Source: Escherichia coli
GTDB taxonomy: Bacteria; Pseudomonadota; Gammaproteobacteria; Enterobacterales; Enterobacteriaceae
Length of the DNA: 64,000 nt
Strand: one strand, 5' to 3'
Assembly: GCF_003334765.1 (NCBI RefSeq)
Contig: NZ_QOWT01000001.1
The notes under the pieces were generated by a model. The model made no database searches and was not told where the DNA came from. It was given only the letters and a program-made list of their open reading frames with translations. A program made the position numbers and the translations under genes. The stretch's first letter is position 1. Each line of letters opens with the position of its first letter. Positions 14,147 to 25,485 of the stretch are shown one piece after another.

Positions 14147-15319
14147 TTAACGAACAGCGCGGATGGCGTTAATTAATCCAGCCACACCTTTTTCCAGTTT
14201 CGAACGTGGGCAGCCGGCATTGAGACGGACAAAACCACGACCTTCTTCACCGTAGGTATACCCCGGCATGATCGCGACTTTTTCTTGTTCGATAAGTGCT
14301 TTTTGCAACGCGTTGTCGTCAATATTCAACGGACGTAAATCAAGCCATGCCAGATAAGTGGATTGTGGGATCTGCCAGTTGAGTTCAGGAAACGCGGCGT
14401 TCATTTTATCTGCGATATACGTCAGGTTATCTTTCAGATAGATGCGTAAGGCATCCAGCCACGGCGCGCCTTGCTGATAGGCGGCGATATGGGCAGTTAA
14501 CGCCAGTACCGAAGGGGAAGAAAGCCCATCACGGCCTTTCAGTGCCGATAAATAGGCATCGCGGCTACTGCTATTTTCTATAATCCCGTAAGCACCGGTC
14601 AGGGCGGGAATATTGAAACTTTTCGAGCCCGACGTTAGCAACGCCCAGTCTCCGCGAGCCACATTACTCCAGGGAATATGCGGCTGCTCGCCCCAAACCA
14701 TATCCATATGGATTTCATCGGAAATAACCCGCACACCATGACGCTCGCACAGGTCAGCCATGATCTCCAGCTCATCGCACGTCCACACTTTCCCGGTAGG
14801 ATTCTGTGGGCTACACAGGAGCATAATTTTACATTCTGGTTTCGCCAACACGGCTTCCAACTTGCCCATATCGCAAAACCAACCATCAGCCTGCTTCTCT
14901 AAAGCAACGGGCATTACTGTGCGCTGGTTACCTTCAATGGCCTTGTAAAATGCGTCATAGGCGGGTGTGTGGATCACCACGCCTTCACCTGTTTCAGACC
15001 ACTGACGAATCAGTTCTGAAACCATATAGATGACAGAAGGGCCATACACCACCGTCTGAGAATCGATGGCGGTGTAATGCTGGGTGGAAAACCAGTGGGC
15101 AATAGCCGCGAGAAACTCATCGTTTTTCCAGCGGCTGTAGCCAAATACGCCGTGCATCAGGCGCTGATTCAGCGCCTCGATAATGCAGGGGGCAGTGGCA
15201 AAATCCATGTCTGAAATCGTGAACGGTAACAGGTCAGCAGTGCCGAAACGGTCAGCGACATAATCCCACTGTGTACACCATGTGCCATGACGATCCACGA
15301 CCTTTGAAAAATCGAACAT
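14147..15319 (-). CDS. malY: PLP-dependent cystathionine beta-lyase / maltose regulon modulator MalY
   Basis: 390 aa, MFDFSKVVDRHGTWCTQWDYVADRFG..., aminotransferase class I/II fold with PLP-lysine motif SGSKSFN. Confidence 0.93.
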   Translation of the reverse strand: MFDFSKVVDRHGTWCTQWDYVADRFGTADLLPFTISDMDFATAPCIIEALNQRLMHGVFGYSRWKNDEFLAAIAHWFSTQHYTAIDSQTVVYGPSVIYMVSELIRQWSETGEGVVIHTPAYDAFYKAIEGNQRTVMPVALEKQADGWFCDMGKLEAVLAKPECKIMLLCSPQNPTGKVWTCDELEIMADLCERHGVRVISDEIHMDMVWGEQPHIPWSNVARGDWALLTSGSKSFNIPALTGAYGIIENSSSRDAYLSALKGRDGLSSPSVLALTAHIAAYQQGAPWLDALRIYLKDNLTYIADKMNAAFPELNWQIPQSTYLAWLDLRPLNIDDNALQKALIEQEKVAIMPGYTYGEEGRGFVRLNAGCPRSKLEKGVAGLINAIRAVR

Positions 15320-15328
15320 ATCTTATCC

Positions 15329-16921
15329 TTATGCCTGGACAGTATGCATCAGACCGGCCATTTCATCTTTTACTGACTGAACTTGTGGCCCGATAACAAC
15401 CTGCAGGTTATGTTGATTAAGTTGTACTACGCCAATTGCCCGATTGTCCTTCAGTGCCTGCACATTAACAAGCGACATATCTTTCACAGACAAACGCAGA
15501 CGGGTAATGCAGTTATCGAGGCTGACAATATTGTCGGCACCGCCTAATGCTTCGAGGATTGCAGGAACGTTGTAACCTGATTTACCCGGCGCACCGGCAA
15601 CGGCTTTTTCGATTGAGCTGGCAACTTCGCTATCGCGCCCCGGGGTTTTCAGATTGAAGCGGGTGATAGCGAAACGGAAGATGACGTAGTAAACGACAAA
15701 CCAGATTGCCGCCACCACTGGCACCATGTACCACTTGGTTGACAGACCATGCAAAATACCGAACACCACGAAGTCGATGATATTGCCGTCGGTATTACCG
15801 ATGGTGACGCCGAGCACAGACATGACGGTGAAGCCGAGGCCGGTTAACAGCGCGTGGATGACATACAGAACTGGCGCTACGAACAGGAACAGGAATTCCA
15901 GCGGTTCGGTAGTGCCGCCAACGACGCAGGCGATCAGGCCAGAAATCAGCAGACCTTTAATTTTATGGCGATTTTCCGGGCGCGCGCAGTGATACATAGC
16001 TAACGCTGCACCTGGCAGACCGCCGAGAAACGCAGGCATTTTACCTTGCGAAAGGAAACGCGTGGCGCTTTCAGAAAAACCGTGAGTGGTCGGGCAACTC
16101 AATTGCGCCTGGAAGATGGTCAGTGCGCCGCTGACGGTTTGACCGCAGACTTCCTGCGTGCCGCCTGCGTCGGTAAAGCGAATTAATGCCACCAGAATGT
16201 GATGCAGACCAAACGGCAACAGCAGACGTTCACCGGTACCAAACAGCATCGGTCCGAAATCACCCGCGCTGTTTATCATATGGCCCAAGCCGCTAATACC
16301 CATGGCGAAAATCGGCCAGACTAATGGAATCACCAGGCCGACAAGGCCCATCACCAGCGAGGAGATAATTGGTACGAAGCGCGTACCGCCGAAGAATGCC
16401 AGCGCATCCGGCAGGCGGATATTATGGAAACGCTCATGCAGCATCCAGACGATAATACCGGCGATCACCGCACCGAGGATCCCGGTATCGATCGACTGGA
16501 TCCCAAGAATGCTCTGGATGTTATTGGCTTTCAGAACCGCGGCATCCGTGGTTGGCAGAATGCCTTTATTGGTCAACCAGAAGTTTACCGCGAGGTTCAT
16601 TACCGCATAACCGATGAAGCCAGCGAATGCCGCTACGCCTTTATTTTCGCGTGCCAGGCCCAGCGGGATGGCGATACAGAACATGACAGGCAGGAAACTA
16701 AAAGCAAACGAGCCAATCTTACTCATCCAGGTAAAGATAGCCTGCAACACGGGGTTGCCCAGGACCGGGATCAGGGTTATGACATCATGGCTGCTAAGAG
16801 AACTACCAATGCCGAGCATAATGCCGCAGAACGACAATAATGCCACGGGTAACATGAAGGTTTTGCCTAACTGCTGGAAGAACTCCCACAGCGTGACTTT
16901 CGGTGCTGTTTTCGCCGTCAT
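15329..16921 (-). CDS. malX: PTS maltose/glucose-family EIICB component MalX
   Basis: ORF track gives 651 aa; trimmed to MTAKTAPKVTLWEFFQQLGKTFMLPVALLSF... (530 aa); EIIC membrane domain plus C-terminal EIIB with ITRLRL cysteine loop region. Confidence 0.9.
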   Translation of the reverse strand: MTAKTAPKVTLWEFFQQLGKTFMLPVALLSFCGIMLGIGSSLSSHDVITLIPVLGNPVLQAIFTWMSKIGSFAFSFLPVMFCIAIPLGLARENKGVAAFAGFIGYAVMNLAVNFWLTNKGILPTTDAAVLKANNIQSILGIQSIDTGILGAVIAGIIVWMLHERFHNIRLPDALAFFGGTRFVPIISSLVMGLVGLVIPLVWPIFAMGISGLGHMINSAGDFGPMLFGTGERLLLPFGLHHILVALIRFTDAGGTQEVCGQTVSGALTIFQAQLSCPTTHGFSESATRFLSQGKMPAFLGGLPGAALAMYHCARPENRHKIKGLLISGLIACVVGGTTEPLEFLFLFVAPVLYVIHALLTGLGFTVMSVLGVTIGNTDGNIIDFVVFGILHGLSTKWYMVPVVAAIWFVVYYVIFRFAITRFNLKTPGRDSEVASSIEKAVAGAPGKSGYNVPAILEALGGADNIVSLDNCITRLRLSVKDMSLVNVQALKDNRAIGVVQLNQHNLQVVIGPQVQSVKDEMAGLMHTVQA

Positions 16922-16940
16922 AAAACGACTCCTCGTAGAT

Positions 16941-18124
<1,184 letters not shown>

Positions 18125-18235
18125 TCCTCTCTTTATCTGCTATACCTGGTAGTGTCCTTTCCTCAAGGTTAATGATAAAAAATGTGGCACACAGGCGGTG
18201 CCTTTTATTTTTACTGAAGTTCACAGGAGGTTTAT

Positions 18236-19003
18236 GTGTTTAATTCTGACAACCTGAGACTCGACGGAAAATGCGCCATCATCACAGGTGCGGGTGCAGG
18301 TATTGGTAAAGAAATCGCCATTACATTCGCGACAGCTGGCGCATCTGTGGTGGTCAGTGATATTAACGCCGACGCAGCTAACCATGTTGTAGACGAAATT
18401 CAACAACTGGGTGGTCAGGCATTTGCCTGCCGTTGTGATATTACTTCCGAACAGGAACTCTCTGCACTGGCAGACTTTGCTATCAGTAAGCTGGGTAAAG
18501 TTGATATTCTGGTTAACAACGCCGGTGGCGGTGGACCTAAACCGTTTGATATGCCAATGGCGGATTTTCGCCGTGCTTATGAACTGAATGTGTTTTCTTT
18601 TTTCCATCTGTCACAACTTGTTGCGCCAGAAATGGAAAAAAATGGCGGTGGCGTTATTCTGACCATCACTTCTATGGCGGCAGAAAATAAAAATATAAAC
18701 ATGACTTCCTATGCATCATCTAAAGCTGCGGCCAGTCATCTGGTCAGAAATATGGCGTTTGACCTGGGTGAAAAAAATATTCGGGTAAATGGCATTGCGC
18801 CGGGGGCAATATTAACCGATGCCCTGAAATCCGTTATTACACCAGAAATTGAACAAAAAATGTTACAGCACACGCCGATCAGACGTCTGGGCCAACCGCA
18901 AGATATTGCTAACGCAGCGCTGTTCCTTTGCTCGCCTGCTGCGAGCTGGGTAAGCGGACAAATTCTCACCGTCTCCGGTGGTGGGGTACAGGAGCTCAAT
19001 TAA
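18236..19003 (+). CDS. hdhA: 7-alpha-hydroxysteroid dehydrogenase (SDR family)
   Basis: 255 aa, GTG start, MFNSDNLRLDGKCAIITGAGAGIGKEIA..., SDR TGxxxGxG and YxxxK motifs. Confidence 0.92.
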   Translation: MFNSDNLRLDGKCAIITGAGAGIGKEIAITFATAGASVVVSDINADAANHVVDEIQQLGGQAFACRCDITSEQELSALADFAISKLGKVDILVNNAGGGGPKPFDMPMADFRRAYELNVFSFFHLSQLVAPEMEKNGGGVILTITSMAAENKNINMTSYASSKAAASHLVRNMAFDLGEKNIRVNGIAPGAILTDALKSVITPEIEQKMLQHTPIRRLGQPQDIANAALFLCSPAASWVSGQILTVSGGGVQELN

Positions 19004-19223
19004 TACACTAACGGACCGGTAAACAACCGTGCGTGTTGTTTACCGGGATAAACTCATCAACGTCTCTGCTAAATAACTGGCAGCCAAATCACGGCTATTG
19101 GTTAACCAATTTCAGAGTGAAAAGTATACGAATAGAGTGTGCCTTCGCACTATTCAACAGCAATGATAGGCGCTCACCTGACAACGCGGTAAACTAGTTA
19201 TTCACGCTAACTATAATGGTTTA

Positions 19224-19814
19224 ATGATGGATAACATGCAGACTGAAGCACAACCGACACGGACCCGGATCCTCAATGCTGCCAGAGAGATTTTTTCAGA
19301 AAATGGATTTCACAGTGCCTCGATGAAAGCCATCTGTAAATCTTGCGCCATTAGTCCCGGGACGCTCTATCACCATTTCATCTCCAAAGAAGCCTTGATT
19401 CAGGCGATTATCTTACAGGACCAGGAGAGGGCGCTGGCCCGTTTCCGGGAACCGATTGAAGGGATTCATTTCGTTGACTATATGGTCGAGTCCATTGTCT
19501 CTCTCACCCATGAAGCCTTTGGACAACGGGCGCTGGTGGTTGAAATTATGGCGGAAGGGATGCGTAACCCACAGGTCGCCGCCATGCTTAAAAATAAGCA
19601 TATGACGATCACGGAATTTGTTGCCCAGCGGATGCGTGATGCCCAGCAAAAAGGCGAGATAAGCCCAGACATCAACACGGCAATGACTTCACGTTTACTG
19701 CTGGATCTGACCTACGGTGTACTGGCCGATATCGAAGCGGAAGACCTGGCGCGTGAAGCGTCGTTTGCTCAGGGATTACGCGCGATGATTGGCGGTATCT
19801 TAACCGCATCCTGA
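19224..19814 (+). CDS. uidR: TetR-family repressor of the glucuronide (uid) operon
   Basis: 196 aa, TetR-type HTH TRTRILNAAREIFSENGFHSASMKAICKSCAISPGTLYHHF. Confidence 0.92.
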   Translation: MMDNMQTEAQPTRTRILNAAREIFSENGFHSASMKAICKSCAISPGTLYHHFISKEALIQAIILQDQERALARFREPIEGIHFVDYMVESIVSLTHEAFGQRALVVEIMAEGMRNPQVAAMLKNKHMTITEFVAQRMRDAQQKGEISPDINTAMTSRLLLDLTYGVLADIEAEDLAREASFAQGLRAMIGGILTAS

Positions 19815-20128
19815 TTCTCTCTCTTTTTCGGCGGGCTGGTGATAACTGTGCCCGCGTTTCATATCGTAATTTCTCTGTGCAAAAATTATCCTTCCCGGCT
19901 TCGGAGAATTCCCCCCAAAATATTCACTGTAGCCATATGTCATGAGAGTTTATCGTTCCCAATACGCTCGAACGAACGTTCGGTTGCTTATTTTATGGCT
20001 TCTGTCAACGCTGTTTTAAAGATTAATGCGATCTATATCACGCTGTGGGTATTGCAGTTTTTGGTTTTTTGATCGCGGTGTCAGTTCTTTTTATTTCCAT
20101 TTCTCTTCCATGGGTTTCTCACAGATAA

Positions 20129-20158
20129 CTGTGTGCAACACAGAATTGGTTAACTAAT
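20129..20158. promoter_or_regulatory. candidate operator inverted repeats in the uidA promoter region
   Basis: Inverted repeat ctgtgt-gca-acacag followed by aattggttaactaat, about 50-75 bp upstream of the uidA ATG; assignment to UidR/UxuR is inference. Confidence 0.3.
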
Positions 20159-20204
20159 CAGATTAAAGGTTGACCAGTATTATTATCTTAATGAGGAGTC
20201 CCTT

Positions 20205-21485
20205 ATGTTACGTCCTGTAGAAACCCCAACCCGTGAAATCAAAAAACTCGACGGCCTGTGGGCATTCAGTCTGAATCGCGAAAACTGTGGAATTGATCAG
20301 CGTTGGTGGGAAAGCGCGTTACAAGAAAGCCGGGCAATTGCTGTGCCAGGCAGTTTTAACGATCAGTTCGCCGATGCAGATATTCGTAATTATGCGGGCA
20401 ACGTCTGGTATCAGCGCGAAGTCTTTATACCGAAAGGTTGGGCAGGCCAGCGTATCGTGCTGCGTTTCGATGCGGTCACTCATTACGGCAAAGTGTGGGT
20501 CAATAATCAGGAAGTGATGGAGCATCAGGGCGGCTATACGCCATTTGAAGCCGATGTCACGCCGTATGTTATTGCCGGGAAAAGTGTACGTATCACCGTT
20601 TGTGTGAACAACGAACTGAACTGGCAGACTATCCCGCCGGGAATGGTGATTACCGACGAAAACGGCAAGAAAAAGCAGTCTTACTTCCATGATTTCTTTA
20701 ACTATGCCGGGATCCATCGCAGCGTAATGCTCTACACCACGCCGAACACCTGGGTGGACGATATCACCGTGGTGACGCATGTCGCGCAAGACTGTAACCA
20801 CGCGTCTGTTGACTGGCAGGTGGTGGCCAATGGTGATGTCAGCGTTGAACTGCGTGATGCGGATCAACAGGTGGTTGCAACTGGACAAGGCACTAGCGGG
20901 ACTTTGCAAGTGGTGAATCCGCACCTCTGGCAACCGGGTGAAGGTTATCTCTATGAACTGTGCGTCACAGCCAAAAGCCAGACAGAGTGTGATATCTACC
21001 CGCTTCGCGTCGGCATCCGGTCAGTGGCAGTGAAGGGCGAACAGTTCCTGATTAACCACAAACCGTTCTACTTTACTGGCTTTGGTCGTCATGAAGATGC
21101 GGACTTGCGTGGCAAAGGATTCGATAACGTGCTGATGGTGCACGACCACGCATTAATGGACTGGATTGGGGCCAACTCCTACCGTACCTCGCATTACCCT
21201 TACGCTGAAGAGATGCTCGACTGGGCAGATGAACATGGCATCGTGGTGATTGATGAAACTGCTGCTGTCGGCTTTAACCTCTCTTTAGGCATTGGTTTCG
21301 AAGCGGGCAACAAGCCGAAAGAACTGTACAGCGAAGAGGCAGTCAACGGGGAAACTCAGCAAGCGCACTCTTGCTACCGCGATGACCCAACAACCACAAT
21401 CCCGCGCCCGTCTGGGCGCGGCTCGTGGGATTGCCACTTCATTGACCTTTGTCTGCCTGGCATTTCTGATAGGACCGAGCATTAA
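20205..21485 (+). pseudogene. uidA: beta-glucuronidase, 3'-truncated by an internal deletion; reading frame runs out of frame into uidB sequence
   Basis: Translation matches GH2 beta-glucuronidase from MLRPVETPTREIKKLDGLWAFSL... through ...[14 protein letters not shown] (about residue 388 of 603), then continues as unrelated [10 protein letters not shown]... to a stop at 21485. Confidence 0.85.
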
Positions 21486-22347
21486 GAACTCCAGCCCGGA
21501 AGAGATGGTGTCGGTATACCATTTCTGGACAATTGTGCTGGCGATTGCCGGAATGGTGCTTTACTTCATCTGCTTCAAATCGACGCGTGAGAATGTGGTA
21601 CGTATCGTTGCGCAGCCGTCATTGAATATCAGTCTGCAAACCCTGAAACGGAATCGCCCGCTGTTTATGTTGTGCATCGGTGCGCTGTGTGTGCTGATTT
21701 CGACCTTTGCGGTCAGCGCCTCGTCGTTGTTCTACGTGCGCTATGTGTTAAATGATACCGGGCTGTTCACTGTGCTGGTACTGGTGCAAAACCTGGTTGG
21801 TACTGTGGCATCGGCACCGCTGGTGCCGGGGATGGTCGCGAGGATCGGTAAAAAGAATACCTTCCTGATTGGCGCTTTGCTGGGAACCTGCGGTTATCTG
21901 CTGTTCTTCTGGGTTTCCGTCTGGTCACTGCCGGTGGCGTTGGTTGCGTTGGCCATCGCTTCAATTGGTCAGGGCGTTACCATGACCGTGATGTGGGCGC
22001 TGGAAGCTGATACCGTAGAATACGGTGAATACCTGACCGGCGTGCGAATTGAAGGGCTCACCTATTCACTATTCTCATTTACCCGTAAATGCGGTCAGGC
22101 AATCGGAGGTTCAATTCCTGCCTTTATTTTGGGGTTAAGCGGATATATCGCCAATCAGGTGCAAACGCCGGAAGTTATTATGGGCATCCGCACATCAATT
22201 GCCTTAGTACCTTGCGGATTTATGCTACTGGCATTCGTTATTATCTGGTTTTATCCGCTCACGGATAAAAAATTCAAAGAAATCGTGGTTGAAATTGATA
22301 ATCGTAAAAAAGTGCAGCAGCAATTAATCAGCGATATCACTAATTAA
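21369..22347 (+). pseudogene. uidB: glucuronide permease (GPH/MFS family), 5'-truncated remnant lacking its own start
   Basis: From the junction the frame encodes ...[35 protein letters not shown]... to ...[13 protein letters not shown], about 325 C-terminal residues of a roughly 457-aa transporter; the ORF-track N-terminus ([10 protein letters not shown]...) comes from uidA DNA in another frame. Confidence 0.85.
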
Positions 22348-22385
22348 TATTCAATAAAAATAATCAGAACATCAAAGGTGCAACT

Positions 22386-23651
22386 ATGAGAAAAATAGTG
22401 GCCATGGCCGTTATTTGCCTGACGGCTGCCTCTGGCCTTACCTCTGCTTATGCGGCGCAACTGGCTGACGATGAAGCGGGACTACGCATCAGACTGAAAA
22501 ACGAATTGCGCAGGGCGGATAAGCCCAGTGCTGGCGCGGGAAGAGATATTTACGCATGGGTACAGGGAGGATTGCTCGATTTCAATAGTGGTTATTATTC
22601 CAATATTATTGGCGTTGAAGGCGGGGCGTATTATGTTTATAAATTAGGTGCTCGTGCTGATATGAGTACCCGGTGGTATCTTGATGGTGATAAAAGTTTT
22701 GGCTTTGCCCTGGGGGCAGTAAAAATAAAACCCAGTGAAAATAGCCTGCTTAAATTAGGTCGCTTCGGGACGGATTATAGTTATGGTAGCTTACCTTATC
22801 GTATTCCGTTAATGGCTGGCAGTTCGCAACGTACATTACCGACAGTTTCTGAAGGAGCATTAGGTTATTGGGCTTTAACACCAAATATTGATCTGTGGGG
22901 AATGTGGCGTTCACGAGTATTTTTATGGACTGATTCAACAACCGGTATTCGTGATGAAGGGGTGTATAACAGCCAGACGGGAAAATACGATAAACATCGC
23001 GCACGTTCTTTTTTAGCCGCCAGTTGGCATGATGATACCAGTCGCTATTCTCTGGGGGCATCGGTACAGAAAGATGTTTCCAATCAGATACAAAGTATTC
23101 TCGAGAAAAGCATACCGCTCGACCCGAATTATACGTTGAAAGGGGAGTTGCTCGGCTTTTACGCGCAGCTCGAAGGTTTAAGTCGTAATACCAGCCAGCC
23201 CAATGAAACGGCGTTGGTTAGTGGACAATTGACCTGGAATGCGCCGTGGGGAAGTGTATTTGGCAGTGGTGGTTATTTGCGCCATGCAATGAATGGTGCC
23301 GTGGTGGATACCGACATTGGCTATCCCTTTTCATTAAGTCTTGATCGTAACCGTGAAGGAATGCAGTCCTGGCAATTGGGCGTCAACTATCGTTTAACGC
23401 CGCAATTTACGCTGACATTTGCACCGATTGTGACTCGCGGCTATGAATCCAGTAAACGAGATGTGCGGATTGAAGGCACGGGTATCTTAGGTGGTATGAA
23501 CTATCGGGTCAGCGAAGGGCCGTTACAAGGGATGAATTTCTTTCTTGCTGCCGATAAAGGGCGGGAAAAGCGCGATGGCAGTACGCTGGGCGATCGCCTG
23601 AATTACTGGGATGTGAAAATGAGTATTCAGTATGACTTTATGCTGAAGTAA
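22386..23651 (+). CDS. uidC: outer-membrane glucuronide porin-like protein UidC
   Basis: 421 aa, signal peptide MRKIVAMAVICLTAASGLTSAYAAQ, beta-barrel-like composition, C-terminal ...QYDFMLK. Confidence 0.9.
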   Translation: MRKIVAMAVICLTAASGLTSAYAAQLADDEAGLRIRLKNELRRADKPSAGAGRDIYAWVQGGLLDFNSGYYSNIIGVEGGAYYVYKLGARADMSTRWYLDGDKSFGFALGAVKIKPSENSLLKLGRFGTDYSYGSLPYRIPLMAGSSQRTLPTVSEGALGYWALTPNIDLWGMWRSRVFLWTDSTTGIRDEGVYNSQTGKYDKHRARSFLAASWHDDTSRYSLGASVQKDVSNQIQSILEKSIPLDPNYTLKGELLGFYAQLEGLSRNTSQPNETALVSGQLTWNAPWGSVFGSGGYLRHAMNGAVVDTDIGYPFSLSLDRNREGMQSWQLGVNYRLTPQFTLTFAPIVTRGYESSKRDVRIEGTGILGGMNYRVSEGPLQGMNFFLAADKGREKRDGSTLGDRLNYWDVKMSIQYDFMLK

Positions 23652-23658
23652 AAAATAA

Positions 23659-23686
23659 CGCCGGAGAGAAAAATCTCCGGCGTTTC
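23659..23686 (+). terminator. intrinsic terminator downstream of uidC
   Basis: Hairpin cgccggagag-aaaaa-tctccggcg followed by ttt, 8 bp after the uidC stop. Confidence 0.55.
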
Positions 23687-23715
23687 AGATTGTTGACAAA
23701 GTGCGCGTTTTTTAT

Positions 23716-23812
23716 GCCGGATGCGGCGTAAACGCCTTATCCAGCCTACAAAAACTCATAAATTCAAAGTGTTGCAGGAAAAGGTAGGCCTGATAAGCGT
23801 AGCGCATCAGGC
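23716..23812. repeat. REP/BIME element (two inverted REP copies)
   Basis: gccggatgcggcgtaaacgccttatccagcctac and taggcctgataagcgtagcgcatcaggc match the E. coli REP consensus, in opposite orientations. Confidence 0.8.
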
Positions 23813-23832
23813 AATCTCTGGTTTGTTTTCAG

Positions 23833-23862
23833 ATGAAAACGCCGGAGTGAAAATTCTCCGGC
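23833..23862 (-). terminator. intrinsic terminator downstream of ydgA
   Basis: Hairpin cgccggag-tgaaaatt-ctccggcg, flanked by T-runs on both strands. Confidence 0.5.
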
Positions 23863-23876
23863 GTTTTGGCCGTGAA

Positions 23877-25385
23877 TTACTGCTGCGGAATTGCCGGTAC
23901 AGCCGGAACGTTAAGAGCTGGCATCGCAAACATGCCAACAAAATCTTCTAACGACATTTTCTGCCCATTTAACGTTATCTGACCGTTAGCATATTGCAGG
24001 CTGGTGGTGATGGTATTGTCCTGCAAGGTGGTCAGACGGAACATCTGCCCCATTGCTGATGCACCTTCAACTTGCTGTTTCGCCAGTTTTTTCGCTTGAT
24101 CTTCCTGATAACCTTCCAGCTTCGCTACCTGAGTCATAAACTCAGTTGCCATATCCACCGGAATGGTCAGTTTCGCATCCAGAGATTTAACCGAACGATC
24201 TACTTCCTGCGCCAGCGTTTGCGGCGCTTCTTTAGTCGTTGCCGGATCTTTCAGGAACAGCGACAGATTCAGGGCACTTTCACCCTGACTGTTTTTCCAG
24301 CTTAGCGGCGCGATAGTAATCACCGGATCGCCTTTCAGCATCAGCGGCAGGGCGCTAAAGAAGGCTTCCGTCACTTTCTCCTGATAAAGTTCGGGGTTGT
24401 TGGCAATTTCTGGCTGTGCCAGCAGCGCCTGAGTTTGCGCGTTATATTGCTGGCTAAACTGATGCCAGGCTTCACCATCAATCTGGCCGACTTTTAAAGT
24501 CAGCTTGCCGCTGCCCAGATCCTGATTCTGTACCTTCAGGCTGTTTAGCGAGTAATCCAGTTGGCTATTGATCGTTTTACCGTCATTGACCAGATCCGAT
24601 TTACAGCTGATCTCCATGCCTTCCAGCAGTGCCAGTTCTTTGCCTTCCACTGAAATGGTCATTTTTTCCAGTGACAGTTTTTGATTTCCTACACGCTCAC
24701 CAAAACTTGCCAGCGTGCTGGAACCGTCGGTTTTCAGATTATTAAAGGTCAACTGCACTTTCTGGTTGTATTCGTTAACTGCGTCTATCCGACCACTTTG
24801 CGCCTCCCCGGAAAGGGAGATGGCTTTGCCGTCTCTGTCAGCATTTAACTGGAACTCGCCGCCGCTAAAGGCGACTTTTTCATCCTTTTGCTCGTAATTC
24901 AGTGGCTTGAGCGAAATATCGGAACTGGAATCACCGCTGTAACCAATGCGCGAGTTAATCTCAAAAGGCGTTTCACCTTTTGCCATATCAAACAGTGGTT
25001 TGCTTACTTCGTTATTAACCAGCGTGGTTTGAATTGATGCCATCGACGGGATCAGGTTCAGTTTTTTAAGCTGGGCAAGCGGGAAGGGACCATGATCAAC
25101 CGATTCGTTGAAGATGACGCTCTGACCGCTTTTAATCCACGGATTTTCTTTCCCGGCAATGGGTTTCACCAACAGTTGCAACTGGCTGCTGAATACGCCG
25201 CGATGATAGTTTTGATAACTCACTTCCAGGTTGGATTCAGGAGCTGTCAGTTTGAGTTGCGCGTTCGCCTGCGCGACCATGTCTTCGAGATGGGTTTCAA
25301 TCTTCTTGCCTGTATACCATGCGCCGCCTGTCCAGACTACGCCTAGCGCAACAATGACGCCTACCGCTACCAGCGATTTATTCAT
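23877..25385 (-). CDS. ydgA: DUF945-family periplasmic/inner-membrane-anchored protein YdgA
   Basis: 502 aa, N-terminal signal/anchor MNKSLVAVGVIVALGVVWTGGAWYTGKK, no catalytic motifs recognised. Confidence 0.85.
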   Translation of the reverse strand: MNKSLVAVGVIVALGVVWTGGAWYTGKKIETHLEDMVAQANAQLKLTAPESNLEVSYQNYHRGVFSSQLQLLVKPIAGKENPWIKSGQSVIFNESVDHGPFPLAQLKKLNLIPSMASIQTTLVNNEVSKPLFDMAKGETPFEINSRIGYSGDSSSDISLKPLNYEQKDEKVAFSGGEFQLNADRDGKAISLSGEAQSGRIDAVNEYNQKVQLTFNNLKTDGSSTLASFGERVGNQKLSLEKMTISVEGKELALLEGMEISCKSDLVNDGKTINSQLDYSLNSLKVQNQDLGSGKLTLKVGQIDGEAWHQFSQQYNAQTQALLAQPEIANNPELYQEKVTEAFFSALPLMLKGDPVITIAPLSWKNSQGESALNLSLFLKDPATTKEAPQTLAQEVDRSVKSLDAKLTIPVDMATEFMTQVAKLEGYQEDQAKKLAKQQVEGASAMGQMFRLTTLQDNTITTSLQYANGQITLNGQKMSLEDFVGMFAMPALNVPAVPAIPQQ

Positions 25386-25485
25386 AATGATTATCCATAA
25401 AATGAAATCAGGCGGACTGGCCGCCTGAAGGTGTTATAAGCCTTTAATAAGCTTAGCAAGAGATGTTAATTTTTTCAGTAAGCTC

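Noticed and set aside
19839-20072. 77-aa ORF in the uidR-uidA intergenic region
   Set aside because: No ribosome-binding site, atypical composition, and it lies within the expected operator and promoter region of uidA.
21292-21368. N-terminal 26 codons of the ORF-track uidB call ([26 protein letters not shown])
   Set aside because: These codons are uidA DNA read in another frame upstream of the deletion junction and are not a genuine uidB N-terminus; the native uidB start is absent.
23721-23951. 76-aa ORF spanning the REP/BIME element and the ydgA 3' end
   Set aside because: It reads through palindromic REP sequence and overlaps ydgA on the opposite strand; a typical REP-induced false ORF.
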